The translations under genes were made by a program, and so were the position numbers. A stretch of 64,000 bases of DNA from contig CBFDEM010000013.1 in the NCBI GenBank assembly GCA_965603825.1, positions 434,001 through 498,000 on the forward strand. The letters run 5' to 3'. The notes under the pieces were generated by a model. It was not told the DNA's origin, did not search any database, and saw nothing but the letters and a program-made list of their open reading frames with translations. Shown in pieces: positions 21,502-33,946 of the stretch. Within the stretch, counting starts at the first letter, position 1; every line of letters begins with the position of its first letter. Origin of the DNA: Blepharisma stoltei ATCC 30299. Taxonomy: Eukaryota; Protista; Ciliophora.

Positions 21502-23058
21502 ATGAAAAATAAAGCAATTATGCCTACTCTTAAGACAAATTTTTCCATAAGAAAGTCTAACCTTAAAGGCATAAAGCTCGATTGGGAAGAAATGATAAGT
21601 CCAGGAAGCAGTAAGCGAAAAATTACCTCAAATCAAAGCTTAATTCACGCAAATAGTCAGAAGAGAACTAATAAATCCACCAAAGAATCAGACAGTTTAC
21701 TTTCTCCATACGGATTTCCAGTAACTCCATACTCCTCGCAGCCTAAATCTTTGCAATCCTTTTCTCCAAAAAAAGTCTCTGAAAGGGCGATTTCTGTGCA
21801 TAAAGAAGACTTAACATATATCTCAAAATCAAGAATTGAAAGAATTCATAATGACAATTCATCTATTGATAATCTATCATACTGTATAACTAAAGCGAAA
21901 AGTGATAAGCTGGAGCTAATTAGAGATATTGCGACATACGAATCATTGTTTTCAGAGAAAAAGTGCTTAAAAAGCAGCTTAAAAGAGCTTTATAGCTCAA
22001 GCCAACAAATAAAGTCATCGTTTGACAATTTTTTGCAGCTAGAGAAAAATAGCAAAAATCTAAAAAATAATTTAAATACAGCTATTGAATCTATAATGGC
22101 AATGGATTGGGAGCTGGAAAAATTGGACACAAGTAAAACTCCGATAAATATTCATAGAAAAGAAAGTAGTTTTGGAGCAAGAATTTATACGCAAAATGTA
22201 AGAAAAGATAATAGCAAACTTATATATGCTGGAATTAGCACGATATCTTGCTTAAACTGTTTGCTAAAAATTGAATGTAATGCAAACAATTATGAATTGC
22301 TTGCTACTGCCCAACTGCTCTGCGGAAAAACAATTTCGAATTGTATAGATCTAAACACAAATATCAGTAGAAAGATTTTTAATTCTCAAGTAAAAGAGTT
22401 AATTTCTCACTTTTGGCTGAATCTGAATACACCTGAAGAAACATTAAATTTTGATTGAAATTGTTCTAAAAAATTCCTTGCTTTAACTATAAATCTTAAA
22501 GGGAGCAAAAAACCATATCACACATTAATCCTTAAAGAAGATTCAGGAAATGTCGAACTAAGCATGCCGAATACATTTTTCAAAGTTAACTTTAAAATTG
22601 GTGAAATTAGCGACAAGCATTCATTATTTTCCGAAAATCCAGCCAATCTCGCAAAAAGAATCCAAGCAAAGCTATATCATAATAATCGATCTTTTTTCTG
22701 AATTGATAATCCGATCAAAGAAAATGTGTTTAGCTTTAAAGAAAAAGAATCTGATTGGCTAGACGATGTATATTTAAGTAAAACCTTTAAAGAGCTTCAA
22801 ATAAAAAAATCAACTGTTTCAAAAGTCAGGTGTGGAGGGAGAGTTTATAAGTTTGAAATCTTAATTGATGGAGACTCAGAGATAATTAAAATTTATTCAG
22901 CCACAAATGCAGTTACTATTCCATGAGGATCGAATGAGTATAAACTTTTATCAGCACTCCAGTTTCCTCAATTAATATATTATCCTTTGACTCTTTCCAA
23001 AAGCTTAGAGCTGCCTCTTGTACTCAAGCATTTATTTACCCTTTCTTCACATGAGTAA
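21502..23058 (+). CDS. Hypothetical protein (518 aa)
   Basis: ORFs 21502-22458 and 22726-22926 share a frame, joined through TGAs; ends TAA 23056-23058. Confidence 0.75.
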
Positions 23059-23130
23059 TATTCAAGCTCACAGATTTTTTTTGATAAAAACAAATTAAGT
23101 AAATTAATAAATAATTATTACATTTAAAAA

Positions 23131-26100
23131 TTATCCTGCTTTTTTTCCCATATCGCTTATATTTATTTGTTTATTTATATAAGCTTCAAATAAATTGGCT
23201 GTATCTTCTGCTCTAATTTCCAATTCAGATTCAAAATGACTTGGTAAATATCCAACAGATTTATAAGCTCGTTTGTCATAATTATTATCAAAAACGCTTG
23301 AAATTTGTGTAGGAACTGACTCTTCTTCAGACTCAGAAACAGTTTCGCTTATAATATCCTGCACTTTTTCCGTAAACTGTATAGCTCCTTTAACCCTATT
23401 TAGTCAAGGAGCTTCAGGTTTACATTTGACTGATTTTACAGTAAAATGGCTAAAAATGAAATCTTCAGTTTGAAATTCCATTGAGGGAAGCAAAGGTTTC
23501 GGTAGCGAAAAAGAAGGCCTCACTAGGACTGGGTGGCACTCCCCAATAGAAATTTTTGCCATTGAAAATTTAGAAGCATATTCTGAATCTGATTGAAAAG
23601 GCAAGATCTTTATGTCCGGCTTTTCTTCTAGATAGGCTGATACTAGATCTTGGTCATATTTGTAGCCTTCCAGCATCAACTGTCGAGCATGCTCACTTTG
23701 CTCTAAAGCTAGCTGCAATATCCCCATCAGCAACAAAACTTTGCCTTTATTCGGCCCTTCAGTGAATTTTAGTAGCTCGTTTAAGTGTATAAACCCAGCT
23801 TCATAATACTCCTCCATTATATAGCAAAGCGCTAAATTATAAATTATTTCAGAATTTTCCAGCAAAATTTCTGAGGAAATCTTCATATCTTCTTCCTCAT
23901 CATTTATCACTTTTTCATTCTCTCCAAAAGCTTGCTTAAATTCTGCTTGTGACTTTTGAAATTCTCCTAAAAAGAAAAAGAAAATTCCTTTATAATTATG
24001 CAAGTGTTTAAGTGAGCAAACTTCGCCTTCCGTATGCAATTGTAAAGCTTTACTTAGCCTGCTTATTGATTTTTTTAATGAGCTTTCTAAGTCATCTTTA
24101 TTATAAGCTTCTTTAATTACATTCAAAATTTCTAAATCAAAGCTGACCTCTAGCCTGACTTCTATTTTTTGAGCTTTTTCAAGCTCTTCAATAGCTTCAG
24201 TTATGCTGCCTAGCATTAAAAAGCATTTAGCTTTTTGATAATGAGCTGTCTTTGTGGGTTCTATTGAGCAGGAATTTGAATAGGCTTTAGCAGCGTCATC
24301 GACTGATCCTGTGAGCATCAGCAAGTTTCCTGCATACACGTGAACTAAAGGATCTTTAGGCTTAGCAAGAATAAGTTTTTGAAAATCAAGAAAAGCAAGA
24401 GTGGTGTCTCCAGTCAAGAATGCGCAGCGTCCACGATAGTAGTATGCTTCAGCTAGATTTTCATCTAACTGAAGAGCAATTGTGAAATCTTGAATGGCCT
24501 CTTGAATTAATTTCAGCTGGATATAGCAGAGTCCTCGAGCAATAAAATGAATTGGAACATTATCATCAGCCTTCTCTATAGCTTCTTCATAGTCATGAAT
24601 AGATTCAATAGGCTTATCTAAATAATAAGAAGTCACCCCTCGGAAGAAATATAAATCGCTCTCTGCTTCTCTAAATTCTATTGCTTTTGTCAGTAAATCT
24701 TTAGCCTGATCTGCTAATAAAATTTTCTTATGTCTCCTTGCAGCATGCAAAAGAACTGCTGCTTCATATGCAAATGGCTCAACATTTTTAGGGAATTTTT
24801 CATTAGCAGCTTTAAAAAGTTTTAATGCTGAATCTGCGTCTTTTTCAAAAGTTATTATTGCTTGGGAAATCATTAAATTATACTCAGATGCGTTATCAAG
24901 CTTTTGGATTTTTCCTGAGGCTGTAAAGTCTCTTACTGACCTTTCATGGTTTTCTAATGAAGCATATCCATATCCTCTATATGCATAGCAATTTCCAAAA
25001 TATTCCTTCAGCAACGGATTCTTTTTTTTAATAATTCTCGTTAGCAACGCTACACCTTCTTTGAATTTTCGCTTCATTAAGCATAAAACACCATCAACAT
25101 AAGCTTTTAAAATCCTTTGTTCTTTTATCTCAAGATTAATATCAGTGGCCCTTTTAAATGTATAGAAAGCTCCATAGAAATCTCGCTGCTTTATATGAAT
25201 TATTCCTAAGTTATATATAGCAGCTCCTGTAAAATTTTTATCAAGCGAATCAAACTTAATGACTTGTTCTAGACATAAAGCAGCATCTATTAGTTTATCT
25301 TGATTTAGAAGGACTAAAGATTTATAATAATAAGCTTCTGCGCATTCTTTTTGTACATTGATAGCTAAGTCAAAATCATTAATAGCATTTTCATAGTTTT
25401 GCAGATTATAGTTAAGCTTGCCCTTAGAAAGATAAGCTTGCACTTCAGTTCCTTCACATTGGGCTGCTTGGCTGAGTATTTTTATAGCGGTTGGTATATC
25501 ATTCATCCCGATAAGTGCATCTGATAATCCTAAATAAGCACTCCCTTCAGCTGGATTTAGTGAAATTGCTTTATAGAAGTCCATAACTGCTTTATCATAT
25601 TTTTCTTGTTTATTATAAAGCTGGCCCCTCAGTATATATGCTTCAGAGTGCTTTGGGAATTTTATTAATCCTCGGCTTAGCTGTCTAATTGCTGTAACAT
25701 TATCATTGATTGTAACAAAGCACAATGCAAGCGCCGTATAGACTTGCCTATTGTAATAAGGATAATCTCGACTTAAAGATAATAAATCAGGAATCGCTTT
25801 TTTATGCTCCCCTAAACAAATGTAGCAATTTGCTATATCATAAAGCGCTTCAGGGTTACTTGGCTCTTCTTTAACAGCTTTTTTGAAAAATTTGAGCCCA
25901 GATAAATATTGACCCAGCTTCATTTCAGACTTTCCTCTTTCTAGCAGAGCTGTGAGGCTTTCTTTCTTATTCCGAGCTTCTTCTAAATCTTTAGGTCTAG
26001 GGTGCCCACTTATTAATTTACTTGTGGATGGGAGGTTTTTGACAGTTGAAAGCTTATAGCTTGGGCTTATTTCTCCGAGTGAAATATTTCGAGGCCTTTC

Positions 26101-26316
26101 TGTTGAGAAACTGCGATTTTTGTTAGAGTGCAAGGTCAAGGGCATGTCTTGATAGCAAGTAAATGATTTATTTACTCGAGGATAAAATTTTCTTTGATTG
26201 TCGAGTGAGCTTGAACGTGGAGCAGCTGGCCGACCATTTGATTTGTAGCGAACTTTATTTATGTTTTGGAGAATCACAGGAACTGCTGCAATTGGTGCTT
26301 GTGCTCTTATTGACAT
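23131..26316 (-). CDS. Large TPR-repeat protein (~1061 aa)
   Basis: Many TPR motifs (AYILRGQLY, AYYYRGRCAF); KPEAP(TGA=W)LNRVKG joins ORF 23131-23364 in frame. Confidence 0.88.
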
Positions 26317-26471
26317 TTTGATTTACAGTATGAAAACTTTAATTAAATGTATTGAATTATTATTTTTTATGGACATATGAATTGATATGATTTTTGATTT
26401 CTGAACTCATTAATGATTTACATTTTTATCAAGGTTTTAAGGAGTAGTGAAAATTTGAGTTATATTATTTA

Positions 26472-28982
26472 TTACATTGGCGTTTGAGAAAATTGCTGAC
26501 CTTCATAAGTTGTTGTTCTATTTGGGCTAACTGCACTTCTCAACTTAAAGCCGCTTGTAAATGGTGGCTTGGTTATTTTATTGAACCTTTTTACTACTCT
26601 TAACTGGGCATCAAAATATGGAGATGTCGACATTTTTTTGTTGAGCTCTTTTTTCCTAAATCTTTCAGTAGGTGCGAGCTCAGATAAATTAGCAGGAACT
26701 GTAGGCGGCCTCGAAACTTGCTTGAAAGGCATTGTAGAGTTCGCTTCAGTTGCATATGAAGTTGATCTAAAGGCTGACAAAAGTTCAAATTGTTTACGAA
26801 TTCCTTTCAATTTCACCAATTTTTCAGCTGGTGTCGATAAATACGCTTCTTTGAGCGGCAATACTAGATGCTGTATATATTTTACCTTTATTGAGTTCAA
26901 TTGTACTTCTGAGCAAGCAATCATTTTTAGTTCATTTGTAGATTGTTTTTCTAAATCCAAAGTATTTTTCAATTCTTCAATAAGTTTATATTGTTTTAGC
27001 TTGAAACTTTCTTCATCTTTTATATCCGAATTTTCTGAAGCCTTATTAGCTACTGAAGATTTTTTACAAATTGACTGGAAAAAGTTTTGGAACATTTCTT
27101 TTGCTGTTTCATTGCAAATCTGGCTTATTCGGTTGTGAGAGCTGAGCTCTTCTTGCCAATTTAAACCTACTTGGCTAGCTTTTCAAAGCTCTCCTGTACA
27201 ATCGGGCAATGATGGGCCAAGAGAATTTTTCAGGACGTTTTTATAATGATTATGAAATGAGCAATGATCTGCTGCTATAAAAGAGTCAGAAACAGTCCCA
27301 GATCGTTTTATAGGGTTTAATTGCTTTCTTTTAGGCTCGATGCTTTGGGATTTTCTTTGTGTTTTTAAGTTGCTGAATGTTCGATTTAAATTTATATTTT
27401 TAAGGCTATCAAGCTGTCTTTCAGTTATTAAGGAAGATAAGCACCCTTCTCATTTGCAAACATTATTAAAGGAAGTATTTGTTCATTTTGGCTTATTATG
27501 GCTTGTTTTTATCTGTACAAGTCAATTTTTTGAATAAGTTCCTGATGATAAATATATTGAATCTTTTACTATGATATATCCATACTTTAATTTCGAGGAC
27601 AATTTGTATGAATCTGGAAATGATTCCTTCTGCATTTGGGGTTGTGGATTATTTTCTATATAAACCTGTATTAATTCTGACACTTCTGAAGCTGATAGTG
27701 GCCGTAAAAAAGCTTGCAGATTTTTTTTGCAAGAAGCATAAAAATTTTCTTTTTCGATTACATAAAATGATTTTAAAGCAGAAGGAGCCGATTGACTAAA
27801 TTTCGAAGCCTGAGGTAATTGAAGGAGTTGCTTTATAGAAGCTGGCTCCAGTATTGAGCTTTGATTATTGTACTCTACAAGGAGATTATTACCTAGAAAT
27901 TTAAAAGTCGAAAGCTCAATTGAAATTACTTTTGTATTTACATCTTCCTCATATGTAAGTGGCTCAAATGCTGAAAACCATGATGAAATTCCTATGGATT
28001 TTTCTTCTCTTGGGTCATAATATATAAACAACGTTAAAGGTGTTCTAGTTACTTCTCTATGCATTTCTAAGCATACTCGTGATAAAAAACTTCCATCTTT
28101 TATTTCAAAGTCTTTAATGGAATGCTGGCTGGTGATTTTTCTTGTTTCAGTCAATGTTAAAAATTGATTTATGATGGCTTCAATTTGCGAGCTTAGTTGG
28201 AAATTGCCTGAGATTTCAACTTTTCTATCAGCGCTGGCCTGGAATCCTCTTCTATATCCTAATGCAGGGCTATATCCATAATCTTCTATTGACACTATGT
28301 TCTTCACCACTATGCTTGCCTTCAAAGAATTCTCAATAATTCCTTTAATTTCGTCTTTAACATTTCATGATGGCTCTGTGACTGTAACTTTTCTTGCACA
28401 TAAAGATAACAGATGATAAATAAACCTCTTCCACAAGAATTCATCTTGTAAATCTTCACTTTTAGTTTTATTTAACGATTTGGCATGATCAATCATAAAA
28501 TATGCTTGTCTCTTTTCCTTTTCAATAATATCTAATGATAAAAGGATTCACTTGCGGGCTTCATCTAAAGAAGTTTTCAGAATTTTTTTGGATATTTTAT
28601 TCATTAATTCTGCTTCGAGCCTGCCTTTCATCATAAACGATTTCAGTAATGATGCAAATTTTTTTTCTAATTCAGATTTATCAGGGAGATTATAAGGTTT
28701 TTTTACAATTTTTTCAAGTTTAAGCTCATAACTTCAATGAATTTTTTGAGAGATATCGCGGCTCGAGCTTGATAGCTGTGAAAGGAAAAAACCAACTGCT
28801 CGTTCAATGGGGATTTCTGAACTTGTTGTATTTATGGGGTTATTTGAGTTTAAATGGTGCTCCAGTGACGAAAATAGATGAGGGAAAACAGATTCCTCTG
28901 AGTAGGCCTCAGAAATAGATTGGGAGTCATCTTCAAAATCATCTGCATAGTCTGAAGAATCAGTCAAAAATTCAAAAGACAT
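26472..28982 (-). CDS. Hypothetical protein (836 aa)
   Basis: ORFs 28734-28982, 27522-28325 and 26472-27095 share one frame; the gaps, translated by hand, contain TGA but no TAA/TAG. Confidence 0.8.
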
Positions 28983-29491
28983 ATTAATTAATCTTACTTA
29001 ACATTATAGAAATCTTCATAATAACCCTAAACATAATTATCGATTTTTAGCAAAAACAATAGAGAAATTTTGTTTACAAACATGACTAACTTTAAATGAT
29101 ATAAAGTTTTGAATTAGGGCAAATATTTAATAAGATATTTATTTCAAACAAAACAGTATAAAAAATTTATGATTTATTTTTAATTAAATACGCTGATTTA
29201 TTTTAAAGCTGCGCTGCTACATAAATCATGTATCTATCTTCGAAATCAAACCAAAATTTTTTATTCGATAATTAATCAAGTAATTTCTGCTATTTTATAT
29301 TATGAAAATTACCATTTATATTGTCATAAGTTAAAAACGTTAACTTACTCATATAATATCTAAGATTCTTAAGACTTATGACTGCATCGAATATTTTCAC
29401 TTTTTCCATAAGATAATAAAATGTGCAAAAAGCATGCATTCTATTATAGCTTAATTATTGTGTCCAGAATTGCATTTAATATGAGAAAATT

Positions 29492-29785
29492 ATGGAGATT
29501 GGCTTCGAATGAATTATATTTAAAATGATAATTATAAATCTCGTAGTCCGCATATGTTGCTGTCGCTGAACAAGCACTAAAATCTCGAGTGATGAAACTC
29601 AAACAAAAACGCTCAAAGAACTTGGGAAAAATAAAAAGCCTGAAGATTTTCAGACAATAATCATCAGACTTGATACTGAAGGAAACCAGAATGAAATCAG
29701 TGAGCACAACAGCACACTTCAAATTGCTAGAAAAGACTCTCACCCTCTTTCAGGGTATGTTTTTCCAAGAATTGACAATAATTAA
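29492..29785 (+). CDS. Small N-terminally anchored protein with Cys cluster (97 aa), not in ORF track
   Basis: MEIGFE(W)IIFKMIIINLVVRICCCR(W)TSTK...FPRIDNN-TAA; two in-frame TGA. Confidence 0.5.
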
Positions 29786-29980
29786 TGAGTTTAACAAAAG
29801 TTGTACAAAACTCAATTTTTTACCAAGAATACTCCTTTAAAATGTTTAAATAATCTCAAATCTTTTTTAAATAAAATAATTTTTTGTTTGTAATTTATCT
29901 TCAATGCAATTCGTTTATTGTTTTGTCATTACTCCAGTATGCTGCCTAAGATCTTCTACTTGTTTTATTAATGAATTCAT

Positions 29981-30367
29981 CTACATAATCATTACATCTT
30001 GATAAATTGCATCAATTTGCTTTGCTAATTCCTCTTCTGCAATTTCACAAATTTTCGAACAGTCTGAAGCTCTTGGCCAATCCTCAGGCAAAACATCTTC
30101 TCCACGCAGTCTTTTTAGCTGCGAGGCAAGGTGCTTTGATTCATTTAAGATATTCCTTAATTTATCTAATTGAAAGTCACCTTCTTGAAGCGATGGGAAA
30201 TTTTCTTTATCAAAGCTATCAAAAGAGATCACAGGGCTTCTATTACGATTTCGCCTTGTTGAAGGCATAGGAGATGAGAATCTTTCTGAGTTTACTGCAA
30301 CGTTGTCAGATACTATTGATTGAATTTCTTTTTCTGTTCTCAATTTGTCACAAAAACAATTTCCCAT
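29981..30367 (-). CDS. Hypothetical protein with N-acylation motif
   Basis: Starts MGNCFC; 128-aa ORF ending TAG. Confidence 0.75.
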   Translation of the reverse strand: MGNCFCDKLRTEKEIQSIVSDNVAVNSERFSSPMPSTRRNRNRSPVISFDSFDKENFPSLQEGDFQLDKLRNILNESKHLASQLKRLRGEDVLPEDWPRASDCSKICEIAEEELAKQIDAIYQDVMIM

Positions 30368-30577
30368 AATTTAAATTGTGAATTCGTTCTTATTTTGAAT
30401 TATCGCTAAAATCTGCACAAAATAGCTTCAAAATACAGAAAACCCTAAAAGCATCAAATTATGATTAAAGTTTTAATGATGATTTCAGAATTTAGCCTAC
30501 TAATTATCAGATATTTTTCAAATTCTAGATTAAAATTTAGGCATGATCCAATATGATATAAATAGTAATTGTGAAGT

Positions 30578-31537
30578 ATGAGCACAAATTGTTTATCCGA
30601 ACTTTGTGAAGAACTTCAAGAAGCCCTCAGCAAAATTTACAATGAATACCTTCAAGATTTTAGGAAACGCAAAGCTCAACGCTCAGAAAATCTTCGCCCA
30701 TCAGACCCTCCTGAGCAATATCAGCTCGTCGTAGAAACAAACTACCGCAATGAGCTAACACAAAAAGTGAAGCAAATAGTTCATCAAGAATCCTTAAACT
30801 CGATCTATCGCATTTTTTACGACGCTGTCCATCAATTTGTCTCTGATATTTTCACTGACTTAAAATCCCTTGATTCTCAAAACTCCATTCTTAGAATTCT
30901 ATGTCTGGCTGAAGCCTTTCACACAGTTGAAAACTCAGCACGAGAACTGGGAAAAATCACAACTGGGATTTTTGAAAGAGAGGCTACGTCTATTACTTGT
31001 GAAAACGTAACAAAACTTGCCTTTTTTGACAAGGTTTTAAAGCATTTTGATGATTTAATAGAGTCTGCTGCATCTATGGGTGACAAAACTGAAGTAGTGA
31101 ATGATGTAATTAATTTGAATCTTGAGCTGAGATCTTTAAGCAATAGACTTAGATCTATTTCAAAAAGCTCAGGCAAAGTATTTAAAGAGGACTCTCAGAG
31201 GCTGAATTCAAAACTTATTTTAAGTGGAGAAGACAATTGCAATGATGATGTTTCGAATATGAGTATAGATGATATCGTTTCATTCATAAATGGTGAATCG
31301 AAAGATATGAAAAAGAAAAGACGGTCTAGAGGCAAAAAGAGGAGCAAGGCATCTACAGCAAGCACGTCTGGGTCACCTAAATCTGCTCATACAGACATAG
31401 AGTATCCTGAGCTTGAAAGAGAGATTGAAGAATTCAGCAAAAGGCTGGAATTCACGATGAAATCGCCGAGACTGAAACCAAAATATACAGAAGAGTGGCT
31501 CAAGCATTTGAGAGAACAAATAAATAAAAATCAATAG
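30578..31537 (+). CDS. Hypothetical protein (319 aa)
   Basis: Clean ORF; helical, with basic KKKRRSRGKKR patch. Confidence 0.8.
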   Translation: MSTNCLSELCEELQEALSKIYNEYLQDFRKRKAQRSENLRPSDPPEQYQLVVETNYRNELTQKVKQIVHQESLNSIYRIFYDAVHQFVSDIFTDLKSLDSQNSILRILCLAEAFHTVENSARELGKITTGIFEREATSITCENVTKLAFFDKVLKHFDDLIESAASMGDKTEVVNDVINLNLELRSLSNRLRSISKSSGKVFKEDSQRLNSKLILSGEDNCNDDVSNMSIDDIVSFINGESKDMKKKRRSRGKKRSKASTASTSGSPKSAHTDIEYPELEREIEEFSKRLEFTMKSPRLKPKYTEEWLKHLREQINKNQ

Positions 31538-31549
31538 GTTCTTATTAAA

Positions 31550-32749
31550 ATGGTTAGAATAACTCCAGAACTTTTGAGAAAGAGGGCTGAGCACAATGAG
31601 GGCGAGCTCTCAACTTTAGAAGAAGTTACTCTGCACCAGTATGATATAGAGAAAATTGAGATTTTGGATAAATGCTGCAGGCATTTGAAGATTCTTTATC
31701 TGCAAAACAACATTATTCCGAAGATGGAAAATTTAAACAAATTAAAAGAATTGGAGTATTTGAATTTGGCTGTAAACAATGTCAAAGTTATTGAAGGAAT
31801 TGATAGGTGTGAAAGCTTGAAAAAGCTGGACTTGACGCTAAATTTTATTGAGATTGATGACTTGGAAGCAAGCTTAAGACACTTAGGACAAGTCAGCACA
31901 ATTGAGCAACTCTATATGACAGGAAATCCCTGCACTGATTGGCAAGGGTTTAGAGAACTCACAATATCACTTGTTCCACAATTAAATCAATTAGACGGAA
32001 AAGATATAACACATACTGAAAGACTGGCAGCCTTACAAGTTCTTAATGAAAGACTGGATGAGCTTAAAGAAGCTATTGAAATAAAGCACCAGAATCCGGA
32101 GCTCTACAAAAGGCATTACACAATTGAGAGCAGAGTTGAGCAAGCAAAAGAAAACGAAAGGATTCAAGAAGAAAAAGACAAAACACAGCAGGAATCTGAT
32201 GAAAAGCAATATGGTATTTCCTAGACAGGAATCAAAAATCTCCCTCCTCCTCCAGTTTACAATCAAAACGGAGAAATCCGTCAATGCAACCAAGGAAATT
32301 ATGATTATGAATTCTATGAAAAACATGATGGAGGTGTTCAATATATTGTCCTCGATATAAAAGTCCCACGCTACCTTGAAACTTCCCAAATAGGACTTGA
32401 TTTAAATCCAAATTATGTACGATTAGATATTAAAGGAAAAATCACACAATTAAGATTCCCATGCGAAATTAAAGTAGAAGAAAGCAGAGCACTTAGATCA
32501 CAGACAAGTGGCAGCTTGCAATTGGTAATGCCAAAAACAAAAAATGATGCTGTTCCGTACTTTTTTTTGAAAGAAGAACTAGAGAAGAAAAAGAAGGAAG
32601 AAAAAAGAGAAATTAGCAGAGGGGAAACTAGGATTTTGAAAAATGAAAATAAGCAGACACAAGAAGAAGCAAAGCAGCCAATTAGGAAACGGTTGGAGGA
32701 GCCTGAAGAGCCTTGGGAAGATGATCCTTCAGTGCCTGATTTAGAATAA
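31550..32749 (+). CDS. LRRC6: Dynein axonemal assembly factor LRRC6/DNAAF11 (TilB homolog)
   Basis: MVRITPELLRKRAEHNEGELSTLEEVTLHQ, CRHLKILYLQNNII, KKLDLTLNFI, LYMTGNPC; 15-nt intron 32214-32228; ends DDPSVPDLE. Confidence 0.95.
32214..32228 (+). other. 15-nt spliceosomal intron
   Basis: GTATTTCCTAGACAG; A at position 10; contains in-frame TAG. Confidence 0.88.
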
Positions 32750-32829
32750 ACATGATTTATGAACATATCAATTGGCTTCATTATTGCTTTTATTTTTTAA
32801 GAAAATATATTTAAGATAAATCAAATTAT

Positions 32830-33879
32830 CTACTTATCAATATCGGGTGTTAATGCTCCGTTGAATAATCCTCCAAGCATTTCTTCATTTAAAGACATCC
32901 TAAGTGGATTTCTTTCGTTTGGTTTTTTTATTCTTTCTTGTATCTTAAATCTTAAAGGATCAAAGACACTGAGTGGCTTTGATTCAATTGATTTTCTCTT
33001 TTTAAGAAAAGGAAAGGGCGATGTCTGCTTTCTAGGTTCTTCGTCAAATCTAGTTTTTAAAATGTGCTCAGGGGTTGGTGAAGTAGATTTCATTAATTTT
33101 AAGGCTGCATTTCTCATATTTACCCTTTTCTCAAGGTTTTCATCTTTAGGAGAAGTTAGCGCAATATTTTTTTTCCCTTCAGCATCATACGAAATTTTTG
33201 TTTTAATTGCAAGCTGCTTTGTTACAACTCTAACCCCTGGTTTATTTTTCGGGGTTGGTGACGCTTTAGTAGCTTCGCTGACTAAAGTGCTAAGACTGAT
33301 ATTGTTTGAGTCTTCAAGCTTTGATGATTGATCATACAAACTTGGTTCAGTCTGCATATGCAGGTACTGACTCTCCCCATCAATTCTTCTCCACTGCTCC
33401 ACGATACTTTCAATTGTCCCCAATATTTCTTGATTATTTGAACCTTCTTTCCCGATGTTTAAATTTATATATAATTTTCTCAGTTCAACCCCTAAAGCTT
33501 CTTCAGAATATTCACTTTCCGTCTGAACTTCTACATCTTTTCATTTTTCAGGGTCTATTTCGCTTAATGAGCTCAGAGTTTGCTGGTTATTTTCTTCAGT
33601 TTCTAAACCATTTGTTTGTGAATCTTTAAATTCTATTGGTTCTGTTTGAATCTCTTGAGTAGGATTTAAATTTTCTATTGAAGTTTCAGCTGTAATTTTT
33701 TTACATTGAGGATCTGGAAAAAAGTTAAAGCCTTTAAGATTTTCTACTGATAAAATTGTTTTTACTGTATTAGGTTTTTGAATTTGATTATAAGGCATCG
33801 AGCCTGTAGTAAGTGATCTTGAAATTGGTTTATCAAGAGTTCCTGGATTTTGTTCTAAGGTACTTGATCCACAACCCAT
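32830..33879 (-). CDS. Hypothetical protein with N-myristoylation motif (349 aa)
   Basis: Starts MGCGSS at 33879; TGA at 33541 read through into ORF 32830-33423 in the same frame. Confidence 0.78.
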
Positions 33880-33946
33880 ATTTTTTATTATTTTTTCTTT
33901 TGTACTAAAGGAATTATCTCTGATTTTAAAAATAGCTAAATTAAAT

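Noticed and set aside
9775-32749. Apparent cluster of ciliary genes (UNC119, Tctex, LRRC6, TPR)
   Set aside because: Ciliary genes are abundant in ciliate genomes and here are interspersed with unrelated genes.
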